From Giardia intestinalis (lineage: Eukaryota): a stretch of DNA of 64,000 bases. The DNA lies in the NCBI GenBank assembly GCA_000002435.2, contig CM018793.1, one strand, 5' to 3'. The number at the start of each line of letters is the position of its first letter. Position 1 is the stretch's first letter. A program made the position numbers and the translations under genes. Shown in pieces: positions 20,893-30,376 of the stretch. Under the pieces are notes generated by a model, which worked only from the letters and a program-made list of their open reading frames with translations, did no database searches and was not told the DNA's origin.

Positions 20893-23097
20893 CTACGCCT
20901 TGCCTCTGCACATAAACCACCAGCAGAGGAAACCGACGAGGCCGCCGACGACAATGATGACAGCCACGGCAATACCAGCGATGGCGCCAGTGGAGAGCCC
21001 GCCCTTGTTAGTGTTCTCGCCACTCTGCACGAGGTAACAGAGGACAGACCCTTTATCGTTAAGTGGAGGAGCGCAGCTAGCGCAGTTGGCGACGCCGGTG
21101 ATGGTGCTATCAGCGGTATTTGCCGTGCAAGACACACAGGTAGTCCCAGATTTGTAGTACCCAGTGCTGCAAATGTCGCAATTTGAGGCGGATCCTGCAC
21201 ACGTAGCACAGCCAGTGGCACACTTTGTGCACTTATTATCAGTCTTTACATACCCATACATGCATGTAGTACACACGGTGTTACTAGTGCAGGTCTTACA
21301 TCCAGGCGAGCAAGTCACAAGGTCATTGTTATTAAGATGATAGCCTGGAGCCTCTGTTTTGCAGGTATCCCCATCCTGCGTTACCTCCTCACAGACGTTC
21401 TTTCCAGGAAGTTTGGTCGTCTCATAGCAGCCCCCGTTCATACGAAGAAGCCCGTTGGCGCATTTGTTGCAAACACCACCTCCTTGAGTAGTGCACGTAA
21501 TAGCCTTTCCGGCCGCCGCCGAGCAGACTCCGTTCTGTGGAAACTGGTTGGCGTCCTTGCACTTGGAGCAGTAGGCCGTGCCATCGACTGTCAGCTCGCA
21601 CTTCTCGCAGTTGTTAGTACCCGGTTTGCATTCTGATTTGCACGTCCCCGTGTTGCCCTCTCCTTCGTAGCTGAGGGCCTTCTTAGGCTCGCAGCTCGTG
21701 CACCCGTTGGAGTTCCCGTTCGCGCATGTCTTACACGAGGTATCGCACTTGGCACAGGCGGCTCCGCTCTTGTAGTACCCGTCCTTGCAGGTATCACACT
21801 GTCCCTGAAGATTGCACAGGAGGCAGTTCTCAACCTCGCACTTCTTGCAGGCCTTCTTGCCCCCCTCGTTGGTGCCCGCGTAGTAGCCTCCCAGATCTCC
21901 GCAGTTATCGATGCACTGGCCCGTGGGCGTGAGGGCCTTGGGGCCTTCGCACTCTGTGCACACCTCCTTGCTTGTCTTCGGCTCGCTGCACGTCTTGCAG
22001 CCGGGGGTGTTGCACTGGGGGTCGGGCTTCTTCGTGCACCCGGTGCCCGCGCCGTTGAGAACGTAGCCATCAACGCACTCACAGGTGCCAGCGGTCTTTT
22101 CATCGTTGGAGTTCGAGGGGCAGTTCTCAACGCACGACTTCTTTCCAAGGCCAAACTTGGTCTTCGTACCACTCGTACATGTCTTGCAAACCACTCCGGT
22201 GGGGCCTTTCTCACAAGTGGTGCAGTCAGTTGTTCCAGCCGACACACATGTATTGCACTCCTTTGCTCCTTCATCAACGTAATGAGTTTCCGGGCAGCCT
22301 TTTGCGTCAACGCATGTGCCAGTTGTGGACTCGCCATCCTTCTTCAGGTACGGCTTGTCTCCGTTGCAGGAGGTGCACTTCGCAGCCTCGGTTTTACAGG
22401 TCTTGCATGTCTCAGCGCACTTGCTGCATTTTTTACCGTCAGTTGTATCGACGAAAAAGCCTGGGGCATCCGTGCACTCTTTTTCTGTCACGCAGGAGGT
22501 GGCTGGGTCTGTGGCCGTCTTCAGATACTTATCCGCCTGGCACGCAGTACACGTCGCCACCTTAGCCCCGCTGGCATCGGCTGGCGCAGGTGCATCGCAC
22601 GCTGTGCACCCATCCACGCCTTTGTACGTCTTATCAGCAAGCGTTACGCCCGTCGCGTCTCCGCACGAAACAACCGAGTCGTGGGTCTTATCTGCCCCCG
22701 GCGGAACAAAGTAAGCCTTCGATTCGAGAGCTTCTGTACACTTTCCGTCTGCCGCTGTTTTGCACATGCTACTGCCAGGTGCTTGACTCGTTTGGTAGCA
22801 GCTGCCCTTGTACATGAAAGTCTGCTCGGCGCACTGTGCACAGGTCCGATCAGCTGTATCGCCTCCATCGGCACCTTTACAGTTGGCTTTTGCACCTTCT
22901 TTGTCTGCACATTTTCCATTGATAGGAACAAATCCTGTGTTACATCGAGAGCAATACAATTTACCATCAATTAGAACGTCGCAGATTTCACAGTCATTTG
23001 TTTTATCTGCGCATTCAGCCTGTCGCGCGCGCTCTGTTACTTTTTCTGCCAACGCAATCTGGACGAGTACCCCCGCGAGAACAAAACTGCCAAACAT
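20893..23097 (-). CDS. vsp: Variant-specific surface protein (VSP), ~735 aa
   Basis: Signal peptide MFGSFVLAGVLVQIALA at the first ATG (the track start at 23247 is TTG). There are dozens of CXXC motifs and GGCY motifs (MNGGCYETTKLPG). The C-terminal TM helix AIAGIAVAVIIVVGGLVGFLCWWFMCRGKA* carries the invariant CRGKA tail. Coding sequence is GC-rich. Confidence 0.9.
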   Translation of the reverse strand: MFGSFVLAGVLVQIALAEKVTERARQAECADKTNDCEICDVLIDGKLYCSRCNTGFVPINGKCADKEGAKANCKGADGGDTADRTCAQCAEQTFMYKGSCYQTSQAPGSSMCKTAADGKCTEALESKAYFVPPGADKTHDSVVSCGDATGVTLADKTYKGVDGCTACDAPAPADASGAKVATCTACQADKYLKTATDPATSCVTEKECTDAPGFFVDTTDGKKCSKCAETCKTCKTEAAKCTSCNGDKPYLKKDGESTTGTCVDAKGCPETHYVDEGAKECNTCVSAGTTDCTTCEKGPTGVVCKTCTSGTKTKFGLGKKSCVENCPSNSNDEKTAGTCECVDGYVLNGAGTGCTKKPDPQCNTPGCKTCSEPKTSKEVCTECEGPKALTPTGQCIDNCGDLGGYYAGTNEGGKKACKKCEVENCLLCNLQGQCDTCKDGYYKSGAACAKCDTSCKTCANGNSNGCTSCEPKKALSYEGEGNTGTCKSECKPGTNNCEKCELTVDGTAYCSKCKDANQFPQNGVCSAAAGKAITCTTQGGGVCNKCANGLLRMNGGCYETTKLPGKNVCEEVTQDGDTCKTEAPGYHLNNNDLVTCSPGCKTCTSNTVCTTCMYGYVKTDNKCTKCATGCATCAGSASNCDICSTGYYKSGTTCVSCTANTADSTITGVANCASCAPPLNDKGSVLCYLVQSGENTNKGGLSTGAIAGIAVAVIIVVGGLVGFLCWWFMCRGKA

Positions 23098-23559
23098 TGC
23101 CCGATTGATAGATTGGTAGGAACATACTCGCGGTACATCAGTCAATCCGCGTCGATTGATGCAGTTGATTGATCCTTCTGGCACACGTTGACCACAGGCG
23201 CTGATGGAATCAACACTCACCGGGTCTATCGCGAACACTACTTGCAATCTGCAATCTCGGCACAGGGCCAGAAGGAGGTGGATTGAGCCGAACAGAACTG
23301 CGGCTGTCTCAATGTGTATGTCATACTAATGCACCTCGTGGCTCCGTTGCAATCTGTACGGACCATCCAGTGCGAGCCAAAGCTGCCACACGTGCACTGG
23401 GACAGTACTGCCCAGTAGCGGTCCAGAGCTTTCAATGGCTCCATCAACGGCCCACTGACAACTGCAAGGGCGACCCCCGCAGCTCTGCATAACGTGCATC
23501 CAAGGCCCGAGAGGCAGTGCACAGCAACGAGCGTCTCTCAGATGCGCCAGGAGCCCGTC

Positions 23560-24500
23560 CCAAGGAGTGTTCAGCCCCGATACCGCTTGGTGTGGCTGTG
23601 CTGCGTCTCATAAGGCACCTTCTGCAGCAGAACTAGGATCCATAACTGCGTTCTCCATTTGAAAAGTCAAAGGGAGCAGGAGCGCCCGCCACGAGGAGCC
23701 GGCCCCCGGGACGGCTGGGGCGGCACGCCTGTCTGCGGACCCATCCCGGGCTGCTGCGGCGCGCTCCAGGCGCATGGGCACAGCAGCAGCCCAGGGCGTT
23801 CCACCGGTTGCCGCTGCCGAGTCGATGGTCCGGTGGTCTCCCGGCGCCACCGCACCAGCAGGAGGCCGAGCACTGGCCCCCGTCCTCGGCTCTGTCCGCG
23901 GGCCGCTCGCATTGGAGCAGGGGCAGGGCCAGAAATGTTTTGTCCCTCGGGGCCCGCCTCTGGGGCGCCGCTGCCAGGTGGAGCCTGTCTGGGACGCGTC
24001 GTAGCGTGTGATTCTGTTAACACTACACCCAGAAAAGCGTTGACTGCATCTGGCGCATTTCCGGCAGACCTCTTCTGCGCCTGGTGCTGCTCGATGGGAC
24101 GACGGGGGCGCTCATAGCCCTCCGGTGGGCGGATGGGATTACGCCTGCCTAGTTCTCTGTCCTCTGAGCACAGCAAGAAGCGGACGATCGGGCTTTCCGG
24201 TGGAGCCATGAAGCGCCGCTGACGGGTAGGATGCACCCCAACACCGGCAGATGCATTGAGGGTCTCTTCTGCTGCCCTGGTCGAGGAAGATGTCATCCCC
24301 GGAAAGCGACGATTTACTTCGACAGCCAGCTATTTCTAGCGCTCTAGTACTGAGCCCCCTGCAGCCGCGGCCCAAGGGTTGCGCAAGTAAACCCACCTCC
24401 CCGCTCTTGTGTGAAGACGGGGACGAGCCAAGCCCGGCTCTCCCACTGCAGCAAGCTCTGGTGACTGGTAGTCCTTCCTCTCCCCAGTCTGTCTGAGCTA
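23560..24500. other. GC-rich (~65-75% by eye) apparently non-coding island within the VSP-HCMP divergent spacer
   Basis: Runs such as ccgcccgccacgaggagccggcccccgggacggctggggcggcacgcc. Overlapping low-complexity P/R/G/A-rich ORFs occur on both strands (23659..24117 +, 23667..24296 -), which is typical of GC-rich non-coding DNA. No Cys-repeat or other protein signature. Confidence 0.5.
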
Positions 24501-25090
24501 TTCGACAAGAATCAAGAGTGTCGGCTGGACGAGACCCATAGAGGCACTCAGTCTAGCTTTAGGACCCGTCTAATTAGCTAAATATAGTGTCTGTCTCCTG
24601 ATGTTGCGTAGACAGGGTATAAATTGAAAACTTTCCATCACCTAATGGAGTCTTCGAGCCGTTTCTCCAACTCGGAACGGAAGAGGCCATCCGCTCTGTG
24701 GTCCTTGATGCATATCTTGAACACGATCAAAAATAAGCAGGTTTCCCACGCGAGTTTTGGACCACGTCCACAAAGGGTTCAATATTACGGCAACACTTGT
24801 GAACAACAAAGCACCAGAGACAGCTTGCCAGAATAGTCAACACCTCACTACTTATCTGAAAGCTTTTCTACAATAATCAACATAAACAACTGCCATGTAC
24901 TTTCATCAGACCTGATTTACACAATATGCATTAGACACCACGAGCGATGGGATATTGCTCAAGCAACGGAAGTCAGGTAACGCAGCCCTTTGCAATAGGC
25001 ACCTGTATTGTAGTTTGCTCCTGTATATTATATAGTAAGTTTGTTGATATTTAAAGAGTTACCAAGACTGTTCAACTATTCGATAGCTAA

Positions 25091-26455
25091 ATGCAGATGT
25101 CCAGGAAATTTTTGTTAGCAATATTTATTCTACAACTGGCATGGGCCGTCCAAGTAGAAGATGAACGTGAAGAGGCAGCCAGTGACAATGTCAGTACGTC
25201 CGGGATATATAGTTTCACCATCGAAGACAAAAGGTATTGTCCCCAATGCAACCATAGTGAAGACAATCCTGACTCCATAAGCAGAGAGCATGTGGTAAAC
25301 AACACCATAAATAGCAAAGAGGCAGAAGAAGAGCCCACCAAATGCGGCGAGAATCTATACTTAAAAGTGGATTCAGGGACAACTTCATGCGTAGCAGGCG
25401 AAGACTGTGGAACTGGATCATTCCCTGGGACTGATAGTGCTGGTAATAGGAAGTGCATTTCTTGTAGCGATAGCGCTAACGGAGGCATACAACACTGTAG
25501 TGAATGCTCCTTGCTCGCTCCTACGAGTAGATCTGTCACTGTCCTTATCACGTGCTCTAAATGCTCTGCTAATAATCTTAGCCCTTTGGGCGATAAATGC
25601 TTAAGAAAGTGTCCTTTTGGGACATATGATAATGGTGATAACGTCTGTGCTCGCTGTCATGAATCGTGCGCTAGTTGCAATAACAGTCCTGAACCTACTT
25701 CTTGCACTTCTTGTTATCCAGGGTTTGTACTGGATCACGCTGGTGGGCCTGCTGGCACATGCATCCCAGAGTGCACGGGAAGATACGCGGAGAACTGCGA
25801 GGCTGGCCAGTGCACGGCTGTTGTGGGAACGTCCAAGTACTGCAGCAAGTGCAAGACTGGATACGTCCCAGTAGATGGTATTTGCGTATCGACAGCAACA
25901 AGAGAAGTCATGGGATGCACGCCAGGAAACGACGGGACATGTACGGCCTGTACAGGTACATATTTCTTACAATCTGGTGGCTGTTATCAGTCAACAGCGT
26001 ATCCTGGTATGAGATTATGTGAGCAAGCTCAAGATGGAAAGTGCACAAAGTGTGCTAACTTGCAAGCTGTAGATAAACAGGGCTCTTGCCCCTTGTGTGA
26101 AACTGGATGTGACCTATGCGGTACTTCAAGGACGACAGCATGCCAGGCTTGCTTTCCTGGATACTATCACTCTGGCACTAAATGTTTTAAGTGTACAGAT
26201 GATAGTGATGAAAGCGGTGTGAAAATCACTGGCGCCCCTAATTGTGTAAGCTGTGAACCCCCTAATCCCGGCAAGTCTGGTCCTGTTACATGCTATGTAA
26301 CACAGCAACCAAATAACGATAATACTGGGTGGTCCATGAATAGTAATGCACTTTCCCCGGGGGCCATTACAGGGATCTCTATTACAGTTATCCTTATTAT
26401 CGGTGGCGTGGCTGGCTTTCTTTGCTGGTGGTTCTTTTGCCACAAGAAAAAATAG
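25091..26455 (+). CDS. High-cysteine membrane protein (HCMP; VSP-like CXXC/GGCY protein lacking the CRGKA tail), 454 aa
   Basis: ATG start with signal peptide MQMSRKFLLAIFILQLAWAV. Multiple CXXC motifs and GGCYQSTAYPG. The C-terminal TM helix ITGISITVILIIGGVAGFLCWWFFCHKKK* ends in CHKKK rather than CRGKA. Confidence 0.85.
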   Translation: MQMSRKFLLAIFILQLAWAVQVEDEREEAASDNVSTSGIYSFTIEDKRYCPQCNHSEDNPDSISREHVVNNTINSKEAEEEPTKCGENLYLKVDSGTTSCVAGEDCGTGSFPGTDSAGNRKCISCSDSANGGIQHCSECSLLAPTSRSVTVLITCSKCSANNLSPLGDKCLRKCPFGTYDNGDNVCARCHESCASCNNSPEPTSCTSCYPGFVLDHAGGPAGTCIPECTGRYAENCEAGQCTAVVGTSKYCSKCKTGYVPVDGICVSTATREVMGCTPGNDGTCTACTGTYFLQSGGCYQSTAYPGMRLCEQAQDGKCTKCANLQAVDKQGSCPLCETGCDLCGTSRTTACQACFPGYYHSGTKCFKCTDDSDESGVKITGAPNCVSCEPPNPGKSGPVTCYVTQQPNNDNTGWSMNSNALSPGAITGISITVILIIGGVAGFLCWWFFCHKKK

Positions 26456-26468
26456 ACGCTCACTTGAG

Positions 26469-26475
26469 AGTAAAC
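26469..26475 (+). promoter_or_regulatory. Polyadenylation signal AGTAAAC, 14 nt after the HCMP stop
   Basis: ...aaaaaaTAGacgctcacttgagAGTAAACatg: an exact AGTRAAY match immediately 3' of the stop. Confidence 0.65.
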
Positions 26476-26841
26476 ATGAATCTCTATGAATACACCCGTG
26501 GATGGTTACCTGGGAAGCGAGCTGCTAAGTTGCCATTCAGAGCAGGTAACAACATCCACTCTAACTTGTGAAATCCAAGATTTATCAGAAGAGGAGAGGT
26601 AAATGGTTGCGTATCTATCCAGTGAACTCCAACTCCTGCTCCTTCTGACATCAAGTTTCCCTTGTATGACGAGCATCCGTCTGTTGAATGTCTCATAGAA
26701 GGTGGCATTAGCCTAGTATCTACACCAATAGGCCAAAAGTACAAATTCTGCAGGGATAGGCCATATGTACATGGCAACAGCCGTTGGAATAAGCCATGTG
26801 AATTGTTATGCGAATTTAATTCTTCTCTTGAATTGCTTGTT

Positions 26842-28143
26842 ATGCTAGAGTGTCCACAACGTCCATCTACTGCCGCCAGTACAGCTTTCAGGAAAAATAC
26901 TCGCCATGGCAGTGCACTTCCACCTAAATCTGAAAGTGGTCTACTGCCGCTTGCAAGACTCCAGACTTGTCAATCTGCTCTCGGTAGTCTAAGATCAAAG
27001 ATAGACAATAGCCGAGGCCGTGTAAGCACTTTGTCGCGACCTAGAACAAGTTACTTTCAACGATTCAATCAACAGCCAGCTCAGGAATACTCGCCCCACT
27101 ACTTGCAGTCGCTCCACACGTCAGAATGGCTCTCTAATAGGCGCGTGACACATGACGAAATCTTAATTCCCCGGGTTATTGATATTTCTGCACTGCCCTC
27201 TTTGGAAGAAACTACATTTTACTCCAAAGCTACTCTATCTAATAACAGAAACCAGATTGATGAGGTGCTGGAGCCTGAAGACACTAACAGATCCTTCTTT
27301 TATAACAGAAAGCGCAGACAGGCAGACTTTGAATTTATAGAGCAGGAACTGCTTGCACAGGAGGAAGCATACAACAATAGTAAGTGTCCTTCGAAAGGTG
27401 CACTTGCAGCTCTTCGGAAGACTGCACAAATGATCACATGCTCTATTCCAGTAGCCTCATTGTCTGGTGAAACTGCTGCAAACTCATTACTGCTCTCTGC
27501 ATCAGCAACACAAGCAGCGCCGGAGGGTGGTGAGGAGAACAAAAATAGATATCCCTACACTGAAGAGCTGACCAAGAGCCAGTCTAATGAAGGCACCTTC
27601 CTCAATGCGTCTAGTCCTGCTTACAAGTCTACTCACAACCAGGATGGCAATACTGGAGCCGAGAACAATCATCATGCCACCTTTATGACAGGAATCAGCA
27701 AGTCTACTGTACCGCCGGAAACAACGTCTAAGTCTACCCGGGCCTCTCAACAGGCAACAAGCTTGACACGTCCTACACATGTAGACACCCAGCAGGTGTA
27801 CCATCCGCCAAATCGTGACACTCAGATATCCACCAAGGACCCAACTCTACATATTACCAGTTCTATTAATTTGGGAGCAGGCTCGTACAATCTTTCATTC
27901 GCATCTTTGAGGCCACTGTCCCGTAGTCAGCTTAATACTTACATCCCTCCACTCTCACACACCGCTCAACACACCTCCAGACACATCGCCAGACACGCTT
28001 CTCAATTGAGAGCTGTGTATAATGCCAATGAATTCAATGATAATTATTCAATGGGTTCTGGCATCAAGCAGAATGCTGGTGAGGTCCCTGTGATGCAAAC
28101 ATCCCCCATCCCAGTTACTATTCTTGATTTCTTCGCATATTAA
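26842..28143 (+). CDS. Hypothetical Ser/Thr/Gln-rich low-complexity protein (~433 aa from first ATG)
   Basis: The track ORF 26662..28143 starts at TTG; the first ATG is at 26842 (MLECPQRPSTAAS...). Composition looks disordered. The call is weak because low-complexity ORFs can be spurious. Confidence 0.4.
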   Translation: MLECPQRPSTAASTAFRKNTRHGSALPPKSESGLLPLARLQTCQSALGSLRSKIDNSRGRVSTLSRPRTSYFQRFNQQPAQEYSPHYLQSLHTSEWLSNRRVTHDEILIPRVIDISALPSLEETTFYSKATLSNNRNQIDEVLEPEDTNRSFFYNRKRRQADFEFIEQELLAQEEAYNNSKCPSKGALAALRKTAQMITCSIPVASLSGETAANSLLLSASATQAAPEGGEENKNRYPYTEELTKSQSNEGTFLNASSPAYKSTHNQDGNTGAENNHHATFMTGISKSTVPPETTSKSTRASQQATSLTRPTHVDTQQVYHPPNRDTQISTKDPTLHITSSINLGAGSYNLSFASLRPLSRSQLNTYIPPLSHTAQHTSRHIARHASQLRAVYNANEFNDNYSMGSGIKQNAGEVPVMQTSPIPVTILDFFAY

Positions 28144-28198
28144 TGAGGGGGAAAGACGTGAGACAAAGGGTCAAATAAAAAGGACAAAAAAACCTTGG

Positions 28199-30358
28199 AT
28201 GACTGTTAGACATTCCCTGGAGCAGTACGCCCTGCGGCCTCTGGCGCTCATCGGGATGATCTTTATTGGTGCGCTAGCCTTCTTCTGCCGCCTCATGTCT
28301 GTCATCCGGTATGAAACTGTAATTCATGAATTTGATCCATATTTCCAATACAAATCCACACTCTACCTTAACGAGAAGGGTACCACGGCCTTTCAGGGGT
28401 GGCTGGACACTGATACATGGTATCCCCTGTCTCGCTCAATGCCCATTTCACTCTACCCCGGACTCATGTACACTGCCGAAGCTTTTCTACGCCTGTGCAG
28501 GGCAATAGTGTACACCCCCATTTCTGTTCTTCAAGCTAGTGTGTTCATGGGCCCTGTGATGTCTGTAGTTGGCTCAATCTTTAGCTTCGATATTGGGTAT
28601 ATTATTGATGAATCCCCCAGCACCCAGGTCATGACCGGCCTCTTGACAGCGTTATTCTTTAGCATAATCCCCGGGTTCATTCAAAGATCGGTTGCAGGGA
28701 GCTATGACAACGAGTCGTCTTCCATAACCGCCATGATGGTCATCTTTGACATATGGCTCCGGGCTTGCACTGCAAAACAAGGGAACATTGTGCTTCCGTT
28801 CCTCGCTGCACTTGCATATTTCTATATGGCTGTCTCCTGGGGCGGCTATGTCTTCTTGACCGTCCTTATACCTCTTCACGTGTTTCTGGGGGTATTATCG
28901 GGAATAGCGACACCTCAAACCCTTCTTGCATTCAAAGTCTGGCAAACAGTCGGCCTGCTCTCTATTGGTTTGATCTGGCGCGAGTACTCCGGCACATTCT
29001 CTTCACCAGTGTATCTACCCGGTATAGGCGTGTTCTTTCTTGTTATCTTGTCAGAGTACCGCCAGGTTCTCAAGTCAAAACTGCCAGCAGACACATACAG
29101 CGCTCTAAAGAAACAGGTAGCGGTCTATCTCTGCATCTTGGGAGCCCTAATAACCCCGCTCCTCATTAGAATGGGTCTGATCGGAAAGCTTTCTGGTCGC
29201 CTTCTTTCCTTCATCAACCCTACCTATGCGAAAAGATTCAACCCCATAGTTGCATCAGTGGCAGAACACCAACCAACTGTCTGGTCATCTTTTTATTTTA
29301 ACACAGGGTTTCTGATTGTTACGGTTCCTGTGGCACTCTATTTTTGCATTCTTGTCAATCGAACTGTCCCTACTTTGTTCCTTGCAGCGTACATTGCCAC
29401 AACCATTTGGTTTTCAGCCGTTATGGCCAGGATGATCCTTATTTCATCCCCTGCCGTTTCTGTGTGCGCTGCGTATACGATAAGCAAGGCTTTTGAAACT
29501 ATTGTCAACATGCCTGGCAAACAGAGATTGAGGCGTTCTAGTTCCCAAGATAGATCTAAGGCAAGAGACAAAGACGTTGAAAGCAAGTGGGGGTCACATT
29601 CAGGAGCTGTGAAGAAACTCGTTTCTGTGACTGTGGCAATATTATTGACATTGGTGTTTATAGTTGCATTCATCAAGCACTCTCTCTTCTGCGCAAAAGA
29701 GGTCTATTCATCCCCGTCAATTGTTCTCATCTCTTCTCAGCGTCGAGAGAACGGTAAGGCTGCATATATAGACGACTTTCGCGAGGCATATGCATGGCTG
29801 GAGCACAACACCCATCCAACCGCAAAGGTTGCATCGTGGTGGGACTACGGCTATCAGATAAACCAAATTGGCAACAAGACCACGCTGGCTGATGGCCTTA
29901 CGCGCTCCACCTATTGGATAGGGCTGATAGGGGCAGCTCTGGCGTCTGACGAAGCAACTGCTTGGCGCATTTGTCGAGAGTTGAATATCGATTACATGCT
30001 AATTTTATATGGTGGCATGTCTGGCTATTCCGGTGACGACCTCAACAAATTCATATGGCCGATCCGAATTTCTGGTAATCGCCATTTTGAAGAAACCTAT
30101 CCGTGGATTGCACCTATTCACGAGCACAACTACTACGCAAATGGAGAATACCGCACAGACCATGCCGCGTCCAGCACAATGCTAAAGAGTCTGTTGCTCA
30201 AGCTGTCGTATCACAACGCCCACCAGTTGGGTATGCCAATCGATAGAGCCAGGAATGCACAATTTACACCGTCAACGTTGCAACACTTCGAGGAAGTGTT
30301 CTCTTCTCAGCATTTTATAGTAAGAATATATAAGGTAAAGGATTCGCTGAACTTTTGA
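28199..30358 (+). CDS. STT3: Oligosaccharyltransferase catalytic subunit STT3
   Basis: The track start at 28124 is TTG; the ATG at 28199 gives MTVRHSLEQYALRPLALIGMIFIGALAFFCRLMSVIRYETVIHEFDPYFQYK...WYPLSRS...YPGLMYTA, the conserved STT3 N-terminal block. The protein is multi-TM and carries the diagnostic WWDYGYQI motif (ASWWDYGYQINQIGNKTTLADG). Confidence 0.9.
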   Translation: MTVRHSLEQYALRPLALIGMIFIGALAFFCRLMSVIRYETVIHEFDPYFQYKSTLYLNEKGTTAFQGWLDTDTWYPLSRSMPISLYPGLMYTAEAFLRLCRAIVYTPISVLQASVFMGPVMSVVGSIFSFDIGYIIDESPSTQVMTGLLTALFFSIIPGFIQRSVAGSYDNESSSITAMMVIFDIWLRACTAKQGNIVLPFLAALAYFYMAVSWGGYVFLTVLIPLHVFLGVLSGIATPQTLLAFKVWQTVGLLSIGLIWREYSGTFSSPVYLPGIGVFFLVILSEYRQVLKSKLPADTYSALKKQVAVYLCILGALITPLLIRMGLIGKLSGRLLSFINPTYAKRFNPIVASVAEHQPTVWSSFYFNTGFLIVTVPVALYFCILVNRTVPTLFLAAYIATTIWFSAVMARMILISSPAVSVCAAYTISKAFETIVNMPGKQRLRRSSSQDRSKARDKDVESKWGSHSGAVKKLVSVTVAILLTLVFIVAFIKHSLFCAKEVYSSPSIVLISSQRRENGKAAYIDDFREAYAWLEHNTHPTAKVASWWDYGYQINQIGNKTTLADGLTRSTYWIGLIGAALASDEATAWRICRELNIDYMLILYGGMSGYSGDDLNKFIWPIRISGNRHFEETYPWIAPIHEHNYYANGEYRTDHAASSTMLKSLLLKLSYHNAHQLGMPIDRARNAQFTPSTLQHFEEVFSSQHFIVRIYKVKDSLNF

Positions 30359-30376
30359 AGCTCAGGTAAATACAAT

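Noticed and set aside
21337-22974. Multiple long plus-strand ORFs (for example 22282..22974, 230 aa; 22316..22714; 22179..22565) and a minus-strand alternative-frame ORF (21591..22337, 248 aa, R/A/P-rich) overlapping the VSP gene
   Set aside because: The VSP coding sequence is GC-rich and codon-biased, so alternative frames are depleted of stops. The products are low-complexity (R/A/P/S-rich) with no domain signatures. They are frame-shadow artefacts rather than genes, although antisense VSP transcripts may well exist.
23659-24296. Overlapping ORFs 23659..24117 (+, 152 aa) and 23667..24296 (-, 209 aa) in the VSP-HCMP spacer
   Set aside because: Both are Pro/Arg/Gly-rich low-complexity translations of a GC-rich block and are open in several frames simultaneously. 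This is the signature of non-coding GC-rich DNA. The region is reported as a compositional island instead.
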